This document shows positions 1 through 15,300 of a stretch of 64,000 bases of DNA, piece after piece (positions within the stretch are counted from its first letter, which is position 1; every line of letters begins with the position of its first letter). The notes under the pieces were generated by a model. It did no database searches. It worked only from the letters and a program-made list of their open reading frames with translations, and had not been told where the DNA came from. The DNA lies in the NCBI RefSeq assembly GCF_964204645.1, contig NC_134025.1, positions 29,864,299-29,928,298 on the forward strand. Reading direction: 5' to 3'. The position numbers and the translations under genes were made by a program. The DNA is from Tubulanus polymorphus (lineage: Eukaryota > Animalia > Nemertea).

Positions 1-396
1 TTGTTTACGAGGATCTTTAATCAAATAAAAAAACAATACAATGGAATGTAGACCTATTGATCTTATATCCTGTAAATGTCTGTTGATTTGATGGAAGATT
101 GATGATAAAGTACTATCTATTTCTGTGTCAATTTTTATAATTCATTTGCTTGTTTGTTCAGAAGCTCTAGATCATCGAAATAATACAAACACGAATGGCA
201 AAAATTAATTTCTTTTTTTTCTCTTACAGCTCTGTCCTTTAGTGGGACCATCAATTTAGGGTTTTGTCAATTGAACGAATTTTGATTGTGAGACCAGACA
301 TTGAATCGACAATCTGAGATCGAAGATCGAATGGCGGATAAGTTGAATAATGACGCTGACACTCAACAGATAATCATCATCTATTCTCTAGCGTAC

Positions 397-3300
397 CCGA
401 TAAGATATTCCGCTGTCTGTACCAGCATCCCACGGGTACAATTCAATTCTCTGATCACCAGCCCACTTACAGTCAGGCGTACACAAGTTTAATCCGCTAA
501 TACCTGCATGAAAAAGAGAACATCATTGAAGTAACTGAACAAGTCGTGCAAACCATTCATTTTCAAGAACTGTCACGGTTTTAAAAACGTACCGACACAC
601 CAGTCAGGACTGGGTCCTATCATTGACAATAATGATAGTAGATTGTGAGTGCGATTAACAGTGAATCGAGCCCAGCGAATTTGATTCAGATTCACCCAGA
701 TTCCCGGCGTCATTATAACCGTCCTTACACGATTTCCCTGCAAAATCAAAGCATATCGATGTAGTCATCCATCACGTGGTTTCGATGCTGAAATACGTAG
801 AAAACCCGCCACTTTTTTACGGAAGAAACTACGTCAAGGACACCTGCAGCGGGAGACATTGATTTGGCGTCTTTTAAGACACATTTGGGAATAATTAACA
901 GCTGAGCCATACAGTATTTTACCTGAGGCTGCTATCAGTAAACGACGACCAGTATGTAAATAGACTCTAAATGTACACATTACTTTACAATACAATACAA
1001 TATTAAACATAATAGAAAAAGTGCATTACATGATTAGGACATTAAGTACATCGTTATTTTTTCAAATGACTGAATAGTTCACAACATTCCGCCAAAGGAT
1101 ATCATAATTTTGTCATAAATGACAGAATGATTTAGAGTTTTCCTCTGTCATAAGCGACGGTCACACGAGGAGATTCTGGGCTTACGAAGCACCGTATTTC
1201 TGTGGTGCCGAATTTGTCGGAATATCGTGCGTACAGAGCACGTGATTAAAGCCCGCTTTAGTTATGCCGATATTGAGAGTGATTTCAAGATGGCATTTCC
1301 ATTTTCTTGTATATATTTTCCATTCAAAATCCATTCTTAACCTATTCTCCAGTCTTCCGAATAGCAGCTTGAATTGCCAGTATATTTGGTGTTACAACTG
1401 TAGCTAACGTGAGTGAAATAGACGCGACTTACATGAGCTTTGATTTCTTGTTCCAATGTTCTCGGATAACCGAATTCACAAACATCTTTTACGCCTTTTG
1501 TAGCGATACCGCCGTATTTCCAGATCGTGTAATCTTTACTGTGCGAGGCCCCGACTATATGAGACCAATGTAACAAATGCCTGGCTGTAAAATAAGATTA
1601 GTTTTACCATTTAGATTTAGGAAAAGATGAAGACTTTTGCGATAAGATTTATTTTCGGCCTAATGCGAATACGATATAAGAAACCACGTAGCCCTCTTGG
1701 CTGGGAATATTCCATCTTTTAAAAAGCTTTTACCTATTCTGTGGCATATATTTTCGCTATTAAGACCTGACGTTAAGAGCCATATTTCATTATGATCGTT
1801 AGCGTTTCATTAGTGCAACAGGAAGTTGACAATAAGAGCTTTTTATCGGTGAGATTGAGAGAGGCTCATCTGAGTGTGAGGGGCGCCAAATGTAAATAAA
1901 TATCTAGCCTTTTCATAAAGAAACCAGCACTTTGTATGCAGTAAGGGACGAACTACTACAAACAAGAGCTCGTCGCAGGTAATAAAGACATGTTCCGCTA
2001 GCAGTCACAAGACCCGACTATCTGTGAGACACAGTGACAGGTTTTTAAGTAAATTATGCTGCATTGCTTGTCAAGAAAGACACGGTGGTTTTCATGATAA
2101 GCCATTATTAGTATCCGCCTGTTAGCTGCAGGCTGCTGGAAGGAGATCTGGTACTTTTGGACATTTCAACGAATTTCTGAAAGTTGATTTGATTTGGAAA
2201 TGATCAAGGATGTTGATATGAACTTACCGGTTGGAAAGTCCTTAGGATGGGTATAACGTGACCAGTTACCATTAAACGTCATGTGATATTTAGCCACTCC
2301 ACAAGCGCAACAATCTGTATTCGTACTGGTGTCGAATTCGCCATCAGAACCAGCTTGAAAAGGAAGTAAAGAAATATATGTTAACACCGTAGCTAAAAGG
2401 AATAGACTCTTAGAAAATCAGATCTATATATCGCATTAACTTACTGTCTTCGCACACTGTCTTAGTTAAAGCGCCGTCATCTTTAAACCAAACGTCCTGA
2501 TATTGAACGACTGTCGCTCTGAAATTACATCAATCCTATATATTTCAGGATGAATTCATACCAACTTATTGCTTACACGAGTCAAATGATTTCAAGTATG
2601 GAATGAAAGCGTAGTCACTGTCGTATCAGGGATGAGACACGCTGCCTCTTCTATTCGATGAGGGTTTTAGAGTTTTGGCTCAATACTATATTGAAGAATG
2701 TCGACGATAGAATGTTTAGGTATTTTTTAGAAAGTTTTGTTTATGTATAGGGATAATATCTAGAAAATTGGTGCGTTAGATATTTGGAAGAGGCACTGAG
2801 GCAATCGGTACATCGTTCTAAACACAATCACACACTTATCACATTATAGAATTTAGCTTCCACGGTAGAATAATTCGATTTCTCTACGACCGCGACGATG
2901 GAAGAACGCTCGAGTTGATGCTTAAAGAAAATTAGTAATTTCCTCAGCCGTTCAGTAGGCATTGGCTCTAGATAAACAACAAAGATATTGAAATATTGAA
3001 TGATTAATGATAAGCGACAGATTTCCTGATGAAATATCAACTGTTTGTCATCTTAACGTCAACGTTAATAGAACTGATATTTCTCTCTGAAGCCACAGGT
3101 TTAACGTTTTTCTATCGAACAGATTGACAAATATTTGTTCCACTCGGCGCTGATTTCATTAGAACAGAAACGAAATTCAAACACGATGCTTGTGCCTCTA
3201 TAGACTATTCAAATACAATCTCTTGAAATGCTTGTTGATTAACCGTCAGAAATATAGAGACTTTTCATCGCTGACAAAAGCAGGCAGACACGTAGTTTTT

Positions 3301-6300
3301 AGTGCGTCGTTTTTTTTCTGCTTATCTTTGATAGCCAGTAACACGACTTACACTGCAGATAAAACCAACAAGGAAATCAACAGGAAATGCTATATATCTA
3401 TAATGCGACCACTATTATACAGAGAAATCTGATAATAGTTGTTATGCAAGGGTTTTTAATAGACGGTTAAAATGGCGGGAACATTTTTACCGCGCAATTT
3501 ATCATTTCATATTGAAAATGCAATCATCGGCTTTCATCGAAACACTTCACGTCAACGAGATTCTTTTTTAATTCAGCCACGCTGGAGGATAAACGCCGCA
3601 CGATGCTATTTCACGGCCATGTATATTTTATGGATCTCGACAACATTTCAGCAATAATTTACGTGAACGCCACGAATACGGCTAATGTTACTCAGGTACA
3701 TGCATAGTTTAGTTGTGGAATCGGATATTTTTTTCAAATATCGAATTTTCATCGGAAAACGTTAGCTAAACCGGGGTCCAAACTGATGAATCATTTGGTT
3801 TGAAGTGATAAAACACGTTTTTCAGTGTTGAATTGCAGTTTCAACAAATACCGACGCGGCATAAATCAATTGCATTTCTGAGTCCACACAGATACCCGAG
3901 AATAAACGACATTGTGATCAGCGAACGGCTTAAAAATAAAAACCTATCTAAGCGTTAGATCTGTGAGAACAGGTGAGATAAATTGAGTGGAAAATCATAA
4001 CGGAAATCTCGAATGATATCATTCACATCGCAGAGCACACTAACCATTGCTGTTCACGAACAGAACGGGTTTTTCTAGAACACATGCACTAGGTGCAGTA
4101 ACCGACTGAGCGAATTTCCACTTTACTGGGCACGATATACCACGTGGTATTTACCAGGGTCCGTACACACCAAGGGCGAACTTCGGTTATCGGAGTTAGT
4201 CGACTATAGTCGAACTAAATGAAACCGAATGTCCGTTAGTCGGAACTACTATATTCCGGAAATAATTCGGAAATTAATCGCATTCGGTTATTAGCTCCGA
4301 CCACTAGTCGACTAGATACGAAACCGAATTTGCCAAAGGCTAGCGGCGTAGCTCAATACCAATACATCAATCGCCGCTCTGAATGATGATATAATCTTTC
4401 TACAAATGTTAAGAGTCAGAAATAAGAGACGGACGAGTGAAAATGATCCGTTCTTTGATTCGTTTAAATCAAACGTCTTTAAGTCAATGAATTCACAATG
4501 GGTACCAACTCATCGATCCTCCATCGCTACTATCATCGACTACATTTCTGGGGTATGTTTCAACATCGAATCCGACGATAAACAGTTGTTTGACGGAACC
4601 CACGGCCGCAACGATCGATCATTATTTACCCAGAACAGGAAAGCTTGAAAAAATGATAAATAATCTCTCAAGATCGTTACAAGATAAAAACCATATGAAA
4701 CAAATCAATAAAGCCATGATTCAGTATCAGTTCAAATCCATCCTCGCTTACCGGGGCTTGGTTGCCCGGTCTATTACACCGCCTAGAATTGTGGAGATGT
4801 GGCAATCCCTTGCAAGCGAGGACGATCAAATCTAGCGAGATCACGAATGTCAATGAAAGGCGGCATCAGGATTGCACGATAATATCTATAATGTTTATAG
4901 GATGTAATAGCTTACCTGAATTCGACACATCCTGAGCCGGCAGGGGGCGCTGTCCACAGTACGCTGATACCCGGCTTAAACTGGGTAATGTACGTGTGAG
5001 TGACCACATGCGGACACTGGTCGTGGAACTTGGTGAGTGGAGGGCTTGAAAAAAGCTGAAATCATTAAAAAAATAACGCCATGAATCATACAACAAAGGA
5101 AATATCAAAGGAACAGTTAAAAATGATAACCAGTAATACCCCGGGAATTGCATTATGTATCTTTAATCCGCAGATTGTCTTGATTCTAGTCAATCGGTGT
5201 CATCTTCAAAGTCTTTCTCGAATATCAGATGAATCTCTCAAAAACACGAGTAACGAGATAACTCGTATAACGTCATCGCTTGTATAAGTATTTGTTCAAT
5301 AGTTCGTCTCGATAAACCGATTGTGTTGCGGGGATTCTGAATCAATCCCGGAATTTACTGTAGCCGAGATGTGACTCAACAAAAATCTCAGGTAGACAAT
5401 TACAAGTTTTTAAGCAACGCGATCCGATGTATGGGGGAGAAAGAGAGAGACATTGTAAACCGCACAGTGACTCAACCCTCCGAACCGTGAAGTCATAGAA
5501 ATCCGTTCTTCATTGTTTTACCTTCTCGTTCCATTGACCAGTTATTGGTAACAGTATCGATCATTTATAAAGAATCGACCGGTAATTAGGGAGCACCTCC
5601 TTCTCGGCTCGGCAATGTCTTTTGTATTACTCGGTGTTGTGTATGAACTTAGATTATAAATCCATACGTTGCCATCAGATTATAAAAGGCCAGCGTCTGA
5701 AATTAGCCAAATGCGCTAACTTCTAAAAGCCTGGATTTATCGACGAAATCTATTGAGTTATTTTGTAAAAACTCGCACGGACACACGTCCTAGTGATTCC
5801 TGTATTATATACTGCTATTGTCAGTTGATGCCTTATTGAGAAAAAATGTTCCAAACGTAATGCTTTAATTGATAATGGCATATCTCCATTACGGGCGCAG
5901 GAATTCCTGAGTTAACGCTGATCAGAAAGCATAAAGCTTCAGAGATGTGATGAAAAAACGCACGAAATGAGAGAAGAGACGAGTACAATGTTACAGTGAA
6001 TATTCAGGTGGTGCGCGAAATATGTCGCCTCTTGAAGCGATTTCTGAAACAATGTGAAAAATGTTTCTCCGATTCACGCGAATCGTGACTCAAAAGTGAA
6101 TGAAATCAATAGTGACAAAATTATAGCTAAAAGGAATTCGAAAGATGATTAAATGGGACGAATCGATGGGCAGAAGAAACTATTGTTCTGATGAGTTGTT
6201 GTTGTCCAGGTGGTTTAATACCCAGGGATATTGTCACTGTAACTTCCTCGTAGACTGATTAATACACACCTGAGTGAACACACACACTGTTCTGTCGCCC

Positions 6301-9300
6301 TCAGTGTCATTTACATCTAAATCAATATCTCACTGGACTCACTGGGTAAATCATCTTCATTATCATCGTCATTGTCACCTTCGAACGTCGCTAGATCTTC
6401 GTCAACATCGTCAGTTTTATCAACATCGCATTCCGCAAACGCGGTGCGTCCAAAACAAACTGACAAAATGCAGGGGTCCCAAATCTATATATACATCATG
6501 AACATCTTATATCTTGAAGTAAAATCCAATACTAACTCGCCCTTCAACCCGAAAAGTGAACTAGAACAAACCGAAAATCAGGAAAATGGTAATAGATTGA
6601 ATTAGATTTGAAGATAACGACTATAGAATTGATGTAAACATATAAGTAGACTGTTTCTAACTATATCGTCAAATCATTTTGAATTTTTCTTTTCATGCGA
6701 TATGGATATTGAGTAACCAGTAAATCAGAACTACATGTCGGTAGGATTGAGGTTATCCTCGTGTCACCCCCGGGTCGTCGGCGTCGCCAGATCGATTGCC
6801 CCAACTATGCCGGAGGTCCGGAATCGAACCTTGTGACCTAGCATTCACCTAGACCACGTCAATGCACGCACATCGCGAGACATAAGGAAGAGAATAAGTC
6901 GAGACCAATCCCAACGGCTTGACTACTGCTTCAAAATCTTCTATCGACAAGACATCATAATATATTACATCACAAAAAAAGGTTCAGATGTTTTTTATGA
7001 TTCGTTTTCATCAAATATATATGGTAATCATTGAACATAGTGTAAGTGTTTCGGAGCTTTATACAGCTTCTTCTATATATCATCAAGAGTAGCGCTATTA
7101 TACTCGACATTTGCTGAGTTCAGTAGAAAATCCAATAATCTTTCAATATATACACGTCTCCTATCAGCAACTCCTCAATAAAGAACATGTCTCGACTTCA
7201 TATTTCTGTTTATTACATTCATCGTCAGTAAATCTGGTAATATAACCTTCTTATTGAATTCTTATCAGTAAATCAATGATGAGCCCGGAGAAGACCATTT
7301 CAGCAGATTTTACCTTTTTACCGAGTTAAATATCTATTCTTTTGTGAATGTGTCAAGAGCACTAAATCTATTTCCGTCAGTGACTGGCGGAGAGAGTGAG
7401 TGAGAGTGAGAGAGAGCGAGGCCTGCAATCTGAAATATCACATGAATCGCGTTTCCGCTATTGTCAAGAACAAGTTGTTCTGGAGCTGAATGAAAAATCT
7501 ATCAGTACTTTATCATTTTGATACAATAGACCTGCGGATATTTGCAGAGCAAACATGGCCCGTGCAACAGTTGATTTGCGACATGCTATGAATGTAAATG
7601 AAGCAATTTCGGAGACTGGCGAACGTGATAAACCAAGGTTTATCCGGTTTATCCTCTTTATCTTACCATCATGATTGAACGCGAGTTATTTTGTGATTTG
7701 TTTGTCGTCCATATGAAAAACTACCAACAAAATCATGACCAAACTCGGAACAAGTTGATTTCTGTAAACGTGAGCACGCCATAAAAAGAAAAATACCCAA
7801 GTCATTTATATAGATATGATAAACAAACAAAGAGGATAAAATCGGAAAGCACATCAATAATTCATTTCGAATCAGAGTTAAAGGATGGATAGATAGACAC
7901 GTCCAATGGCTTCGTGGGTTCCAAATCGCTAGCAAATTCCATTCTGTTTCTACTGTTAAGGTAGGAATTTAATTCATATATTGCATATACTAAATATTCA
8001 TAAATCAATTACAATAAGCAATTCTCTATTCCCTTCGGAAATGAATGAAATCGTAACTAATTCAATTTACTCGTATTCACTTCGTATATACGAGCATCAG
8101 TACAAAGTGAATTCGTTCTCTCTCGTCCGTGCCTGCCTCCTGCCATCATACACCGACAATCGACCGTTTACTCTATCTTTTACATACATACACATAATCT
8201 AATCTCACCAGATTATCCTAATACCAATAAAATGTAATCATATGCCATTTAGCTAAGTACCGCACACTGCCGCTATACTAGACACTCATCACCTTCAAGC
8301 TTCCACTCTAAGATTTCGGCTTAACGTCTTCTTGATAAGGGATTTATAATGATACAACTCTATCACTTAATGGCGCATCAATAGCCCCCACTTAGTTACC
8401 ATGAACTCGCAGGGTCATCAGATGAACTTTATAAACTGATTTGTAAACGACGTAACCTATTCTTGTAAATGGAAATGTTGTACGGCATTATACAAGCGTT
8501 TATTTTTTGGTGGGATTGAAAGACATTTGATGCTTGTCTTGTGGTGGTGGTGTGTGTTATTCTATCCAAGTCGTCATTCTTCCCTCTAGACAGTTGTACA
8601 ATTCACATTCAGTAAAAATGAGGCGTCTGAACAATTCGCAGGAATGAGGCAGTACAGCAACCTTTTATCACCCTGGTATTTGAAGCTTATAGTATATAAG
8701 TTACGACACCGGTTCATATCATGAATTCCAGATTGATATCAGAGAAATGAAAACATTATTCGCAATACGTGAATGTTATTCCATAACACAACTCATTAAG
8801 CTCATTATAGAGCCGTATTAAAATAACATCAAACATCATTAGATTGTTTAGAGAAATGTCAGACATCCATTTTCATTGCTTCATATATACGTATATATGT
8901 AGAGAGTCTCAGGCCAATCACAATGTATATTGATGATAATATCAATGAAATCGGGACAGAAGTAGTTTTCTAAATATTTCGAGAAGTAAATTGACATTTT
9001 TAGACATATCAACACTCCATACTATTTAAAGGTGTTGCATGTGTTTTAAATTGAACACAGTTCTGGATACAGGCAGGTAGGTGGTCTATCTCATCTGCTA
9101 CAAGAATGTGGCATGTTAAGTTAATTAACTAACAGATTACGGTGGATGTTCCGAACATCAGGTGACACATGCCACAGGTGTATTCTCATTAAAATAATCA
9201 CGTTTTAATGTTTGACTCGTGTTTTAAAAAAAAAACAGCACATTTTCAACAGATGCCTCGCGGATAACTGGAGACTTTGTTATCGGGTTAGATTTCGCTC

Positions 9301-12300
9301 GGTTTTCTTTACCACACCTTGAAGTACTTTTTGAATTAGAATAATGTTATTACTAGAACGCACGGGGATCTGGACGTTCATTTACGAACGAAAGTAGCGT
9401 GTTTATTTCAGATTAAAACACGGCATCTTCAATGTGACATGAACCGAATGAAAGTAACAGATTACCGGTGATGTGTTTTTTAGTATTTGACACTCAGTAG
9501 CTCTTCGCCTTGAAACTGACTGCTAACACGCTATGATAAACTATATTATACCTGAGCACACCATCTCAAAACACTAGCTATCAAGGGTGAATCTATTTTG
9601 CATGTTTACTTTCGTGAAAATTTAATCAGCGTCATTTATTTCGCTCGTTAATCAGAGGGAGCTCTATCTCTATCAGTCCTCTGATATTGCACACGCATGA
9701 AGAGGACATGCAGAAGTATACTTCATCACAGTTTATGAGGCCATAACGCCATGAGTAAGAAGAACGTGGTGATAAGAACACGAAGCCGTACACGGACAAT
9801 GGGAAGAAGATTAAGGATGCAAAGGACAACTCGCGTTTCATCTTTGTTTCAGTTGTATTTTCCATTCTCAGATCTCCTCGATTAATTTCAATTTGACCTC
9901 AACATCTCTGACGAACGTGAACAGAGAATTGACCCGGGGTGACTGCTGGAAATACAGCGTGGGTGATACATCATCTTAATATGATTGGCGCTCCTTCGGG
10001 AGACATAAATAAAAAGCATGAAGACAACAAAAAATATTGGACATTGTCCAAATGAAGGTGTCTTCCACATCATACCACCGTTGAGAGATGATAGGCGGGG
10101 GATTCCTGTGGGTCTCAGAATGCTCAGTTCCCAATCATTGTCGATTAGCTGTGCATAACTTTTTTTCAGTGAATTCCAATGTTTATCGTAGTTTATAACA
10201 ACTGTTTTACTGCAAGATACACTAGAATTCAGGTAAACAAGACGTACCCATTGCATAATATCAGCAAAACCCTTGGAATTCTATAAACACTATAGATATC
10301 GGCACTCAAGTACAATAAACAGACACTGTTGTACTGCTGTACCACTGCAAAAAGTTCGTTTTACTTGTTATTCGCTCGTTGAGTCATAATTAGTTATAGT
10401 TGGAAACCAGGTGTTTGTTATCACAATTTAGGTTTTTCAATTGAATTCATCAGACTTGGAATGGTTTGAACTGATATTTTCTGATACTCTGTCTATGTCG
10501 TCTATTCTCCCAAAGTCTTATACGCCACGACGCCAGCACGAAACTAGCTATTGATATTCTGACCTTTAGTGGCATTCTGGTTATCCGGAAACATAAGACT
10601 GCGCTAGGTGCTTCTGGAACCCAAAATAATTGGCATGTCGTTTCCGCAATTAATTAGATTACCATGAGTACTCCCGGTAAATCAAATAGCTTCCATTCTC
10701 TGCCTTGTTGCTCGTATTGTCAATGGCAACTTATTCTTTTTCACACGTGTCAGTTTCTATGTAGTATAATGACGACGTCCAGATTCATAGACTGTCTGAA
10801 ATGTACATTACCGTCCCCTCCCCTGAGAACATCAACCACTCCGCACATATCACTGTCCAGTCTCTCCAGTTTATGATAGACATTATCGCATGATCTGTTG
10901 CCCTATTCCGTGGGAAATACAGTAAATCATGAAGATGGCGAGTCACTATCTCCATGAGTTTACGTAAATTCGAAGAATATCACTTCAAAGGCGAAAATGT
11001 TCGGTTGATATTTTTGTCAAAGTTCCCTTTGCTTCCACTGCAGAAAAAGGCGCTTTTTGGTAAAAAGTAACTATATCAGATCAAAGAAATGGAAACGGAG
11101 ATATTTCATCATGATTCTCTGTACGTGATGCCTTCAACCCTGTTGGCAAATTGTCACCAGAAGAACTCAAGTGTTATGAAGAGTGTCTCCCGTATAAAAA
11201 ATAATCAACATTACGGCCACAGGGCTGAATAATACACTTCCCCCGCACCAACACGGTCACATTATACAAAGCTAATAAGAAAATAAAGCTAAAGGTTGTA
11301 TAGAAAACAGAAATTGCGAAAATATTGAATTATAAGCCGCATCCGAACATTGAATAACAAAAGGTTTATGAAAGAGTTCATCAGCTCTCATTGTAACTGT
11401 CTATCACCACCAGCACGGTGTCCTATGACTTCAGTAAGTCATTACATGTACTAACTAATCACCTAATTAATGATATATAGCGAATACCAAACATCAAGGC
11501 TACAGTAATTAGGTGTAGAGGGAGAGCGTGGCAAAATGACTTAATTATCACACATCAACTATAGACACTGTTATACCAACGCAATCCACGTCATTTTTCA
11601 ACCCACAAACTTGGCACTAGAACCCGGAAACCTCTGAATGGTTATGGAAATGGTAAAAAGATCGGAACGCGCTATAGAGCTGTTGTGTTGTGTTTCGACT
11701 GCTGATTTAGAATCAGTTTAATTGCGATCGGAAACTCGCAACCTTATTATTTTAATGGCATCGTAATATATCGATCGTAACAAAGTTCATGACAACGCGG
11801 GTATTACATAGAAACGCCATTATCACGGTGTTAGACAAGGCGAAAAACAAGCATCATGCAGAATTTTTCCTATTATATGAAGCCATTAACAAACACCATT
11901 AGACTAACACGAACAACAACTATCGATTGTACTGGTATCAAAGATTATCAGATCAAAATAAATGTTCATTCGACACACAGGAAATCATCCTTTTATTTAT
12001 GAAAGATTCTAGGTGAGACTTCGCCGGAACTTATTTCTGTTGTGAAAGAAAGGTTTTCAACGAAATAATGGTGAAGTTTTCAGGCCAGGTTCGTGCTCAT
12101 GAAGTTCACCAATATATAACGGAAATTAATTTCGATTTGCGAAATATATTTTGATTTACCCATTGCAGCGTGTTTGATAAAGAACAAACAGTAGGATCGT
12201 GGGAAACGGACAGTATGGGTTGGTAGATACGCGATTATCAAATTTCTTTGATATTCCTGTTCGTCGAGTGGCGACAAAAACGAAAACATTAATTGCTTTT

Positions 12301-15300
12301 CGACATCAATGGCGAGGTCCACTTTTCAAAGACAAGTAGATGACATAGCGGAACGAATGTCGGTCTAGCGGGATGAAGGGTATAATGATATGACTGGAGG
12401 GCTGCTTGATTAGTGCTGTGTCTCTGTCTAATTAATTTAACAATAGGCTAAGTAAGAATAAGCCCGAGGCTTACCGAATCAATAGATGTGGCATTTCTGC
12501 GTCATACCGTCATTACGACATACTCGTTTTCCGAGCTATTAACGGAATCTTTGACAGCGCGTAACGTCTTTCAGTCGGGATTTCTCTGATGTCATAAAAC
12601 ACACACAGAGAACGAAAGGAGAGGCGTTTTTTATTCGATAGAAGATTAGAACGTGTAGTTAATTGAATGTCCGTCGATAACGCGCAATATTGAACGACTG
12701 ACGACTGAAAACAATGGCTAATTAAAGAATCTGATGAGTTTCTTCGACTTATCGCGAGCAATTACGAGATACCGTTGAGCTGATGGAACATACGTGGCAA
12801 TAACAATCAGGACTTAGTCTGAAAGGCTATTACGTGGAATTGGATAGAACTACATGTACAATAATCCCATTGTTTGGTGTTGCCGAATCATTTTGTCGAT
12901 CTATAGCTGGAAAAAAGCATTTCCTCTCAGGATATGCCGGGATCATTCAGTTGCCATTTTCACTAGTGTCCATTCATCGCAAACCTTCGATAATACCCTT
13001 CAAGAGTCTCTCGTATCCTTCTACGTCCGTTTTTTCAGAAGAACACATTCACGAATTGCTCGAATGACGATAGGGGCAAAGGACAAAGAGAATGATAATA
13101 TCATTACAATAGATATTGTTACATCAAAGATGGATCAATGCAATCTCCTCGGGGATTGTCATCTTCTGCAATCCATCGACACTGACCTCTGCGTGTCTGT
13201 AGCCTGCAGCATCCACCAAATCCATCTTCAGATCTCCCACTCTCGTCACCTTTACATCTACCATCATCAATTCTCTTGCGCAATAGTTTGATGTGTATCA
13301 TCACCGTCTTTCAAAAAAAAAACTTTTGCTTGGATGAAAATGTCTTTTCCGCATTAAGAGATAATGTTTCTATATCCGAACCATTACTACACTTCCCACA
13401 ATTCACCCCGCCCGGTGTGACGTCACGAGTAACTGGTCAGATTAAGTCGTAGATCCGCTACACCGAGTTGGTTAAGGTCTTCAGTTTAGGTCATCTCAGC
13501 TAAGGCTTCGAATCCTCGCTTCCCGGATTTACACACACCAATACAACCATCAAATAACAAACCGCATCGCAGACGATTTCACTGAGCATTTTCCTATTGA
13601 TTTTTCATTTAATTTCAAAGAAAACTATTGAACTCCATTTTCTCGACGAAACTATCTATTTCTCCCTCCCTTTAAGGCAGCGGTATTCGAGATTTCCGCA
13701 TTCGGTGAGGTCAGCTTCAGCTGAGAAAATTTACAGTTGAATTGATGATATCTAATCACGATAGACGTGCATCAGACATGACCAATTATTGAGATCGGAA
13801 ATGACAGCGTCAAATGGCTCGTATGTGGAAGGAGAGACACTTTGACGAGGAGTCGGTTAAACGGCTCTTGTTTTATCAATCAGATTCAGGTAACCGAGGA
13901 TACGTCGAACAAAGAGAACACAGATGTTTCAATCGAACAATGTTACGCTTCATTGATCACATTATTGGAACAATGATTCTGGGAAAGTCAAGCGTTCCAC
14001 AGTTACTGATTACATCGTCTGTGTAAACCCTCTTTATTCGCGTTGTCTCTGATGATAATGTATTGAACGGCTTCTACGTGAGTGAATAATTCTAAAATTC
14101 GCAACCGGGCGACCTGTCTCATAGGGTAGAGATCACATTCCCTACGATTAGTAAGCGATTTTACCCTAAAGCCGATCACATCTCGGTCACAATAGAACAT
14201 AATTACTATAAATCGTAGCGACATACCCGCAAAGATGTTCGATGCAATGAACTTTAAACGCGGCATCAAAAGGTATTACTACAGTAGGGGTTCATACGAT
14301 TAGGAAATTGTTTTTTCTTGGTGAGTCAAATTCATTTTCTCTGCCTCTCTCTACATCAGGATGATTAGCTTTAGTTTGAGTAGGGCGGATGAGAGTCAAA
14401 GAGCGGAGGTGCACGGATGACGAGGATGATGTGTTCTCAACTAATATTCCATTGAAGGAAACTTCCCATATATCCTGATAATTGGCTTAAGTCGAGACTC
14501 ATAAATTTAATTCCATTTACTGATGAATCATCGCTGATATCTTGTTTTCATAACGAATGATTATTTCGCATAACAATCGTAAAAGACCCAGATGTAAATA
14601 CGGGAAATTTATTCGACTGAAATCGACTGAGTTCGTGTAGAAATGCTCAAAGTTCGTATGAATGTCATTTCGACAATAAATGAACAAGAAGTTAATTCAA
14701 TCAATTGATTCTCTTGTTTCCCGTCACACGTTTAACTGAGGGGTTTGATGCATTTCAAATTCCGAGAATAAAACCACGCATCGAAAATAACGTAAATTCA
14801 TACGACGCCTTCCGAATCTTACCTGAAATGTTCCCAATGAATTGGTCTCATCTACAGCATGTTGAGGCACAGCGACCAAATAGAACCCGGCAAATTTCTG
14901 TTGTAATCGAGCCGTTCCGTTCAACGTGACTGAAAAACAGTACGAAAATTGAAACCGATGTTATTGACAGCAGATTACACGCAAGAAAAATTGATATCCC
15001 TGAAAGAAAGAAACATTGATCACATCGAATCGAACATTGGATACTGACATCTGATATAGCTATTTGAAACGGAGAAGGCCTTCGGGCTGCGCAGAACGAA
15101 TGGTTTAAACTTATTAATGAGAAACAATTTAATTTCACATGGTTCACTTCTTTTGTTGCGGAATTAAAACAATGCTTTTATCTCAGTGTAACTTCAGACG
15201 TCGAAGCCCGAGGCACAACATAGGAACAGCAGCGGTGTGATTATCGTATTCAGATCTAAGACGGTGGTGGTTTCCATTCGTTTTAGAATCCATGATTGAA

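Noticed and set aside
12854-13304. 145-aa plus-strand ORF and a Cys-containing 61-aa minus-strand ORF in a spondin intron
   Set aside because: No signal peptide, domain or convincing splice partners; consistent with chance ORFs
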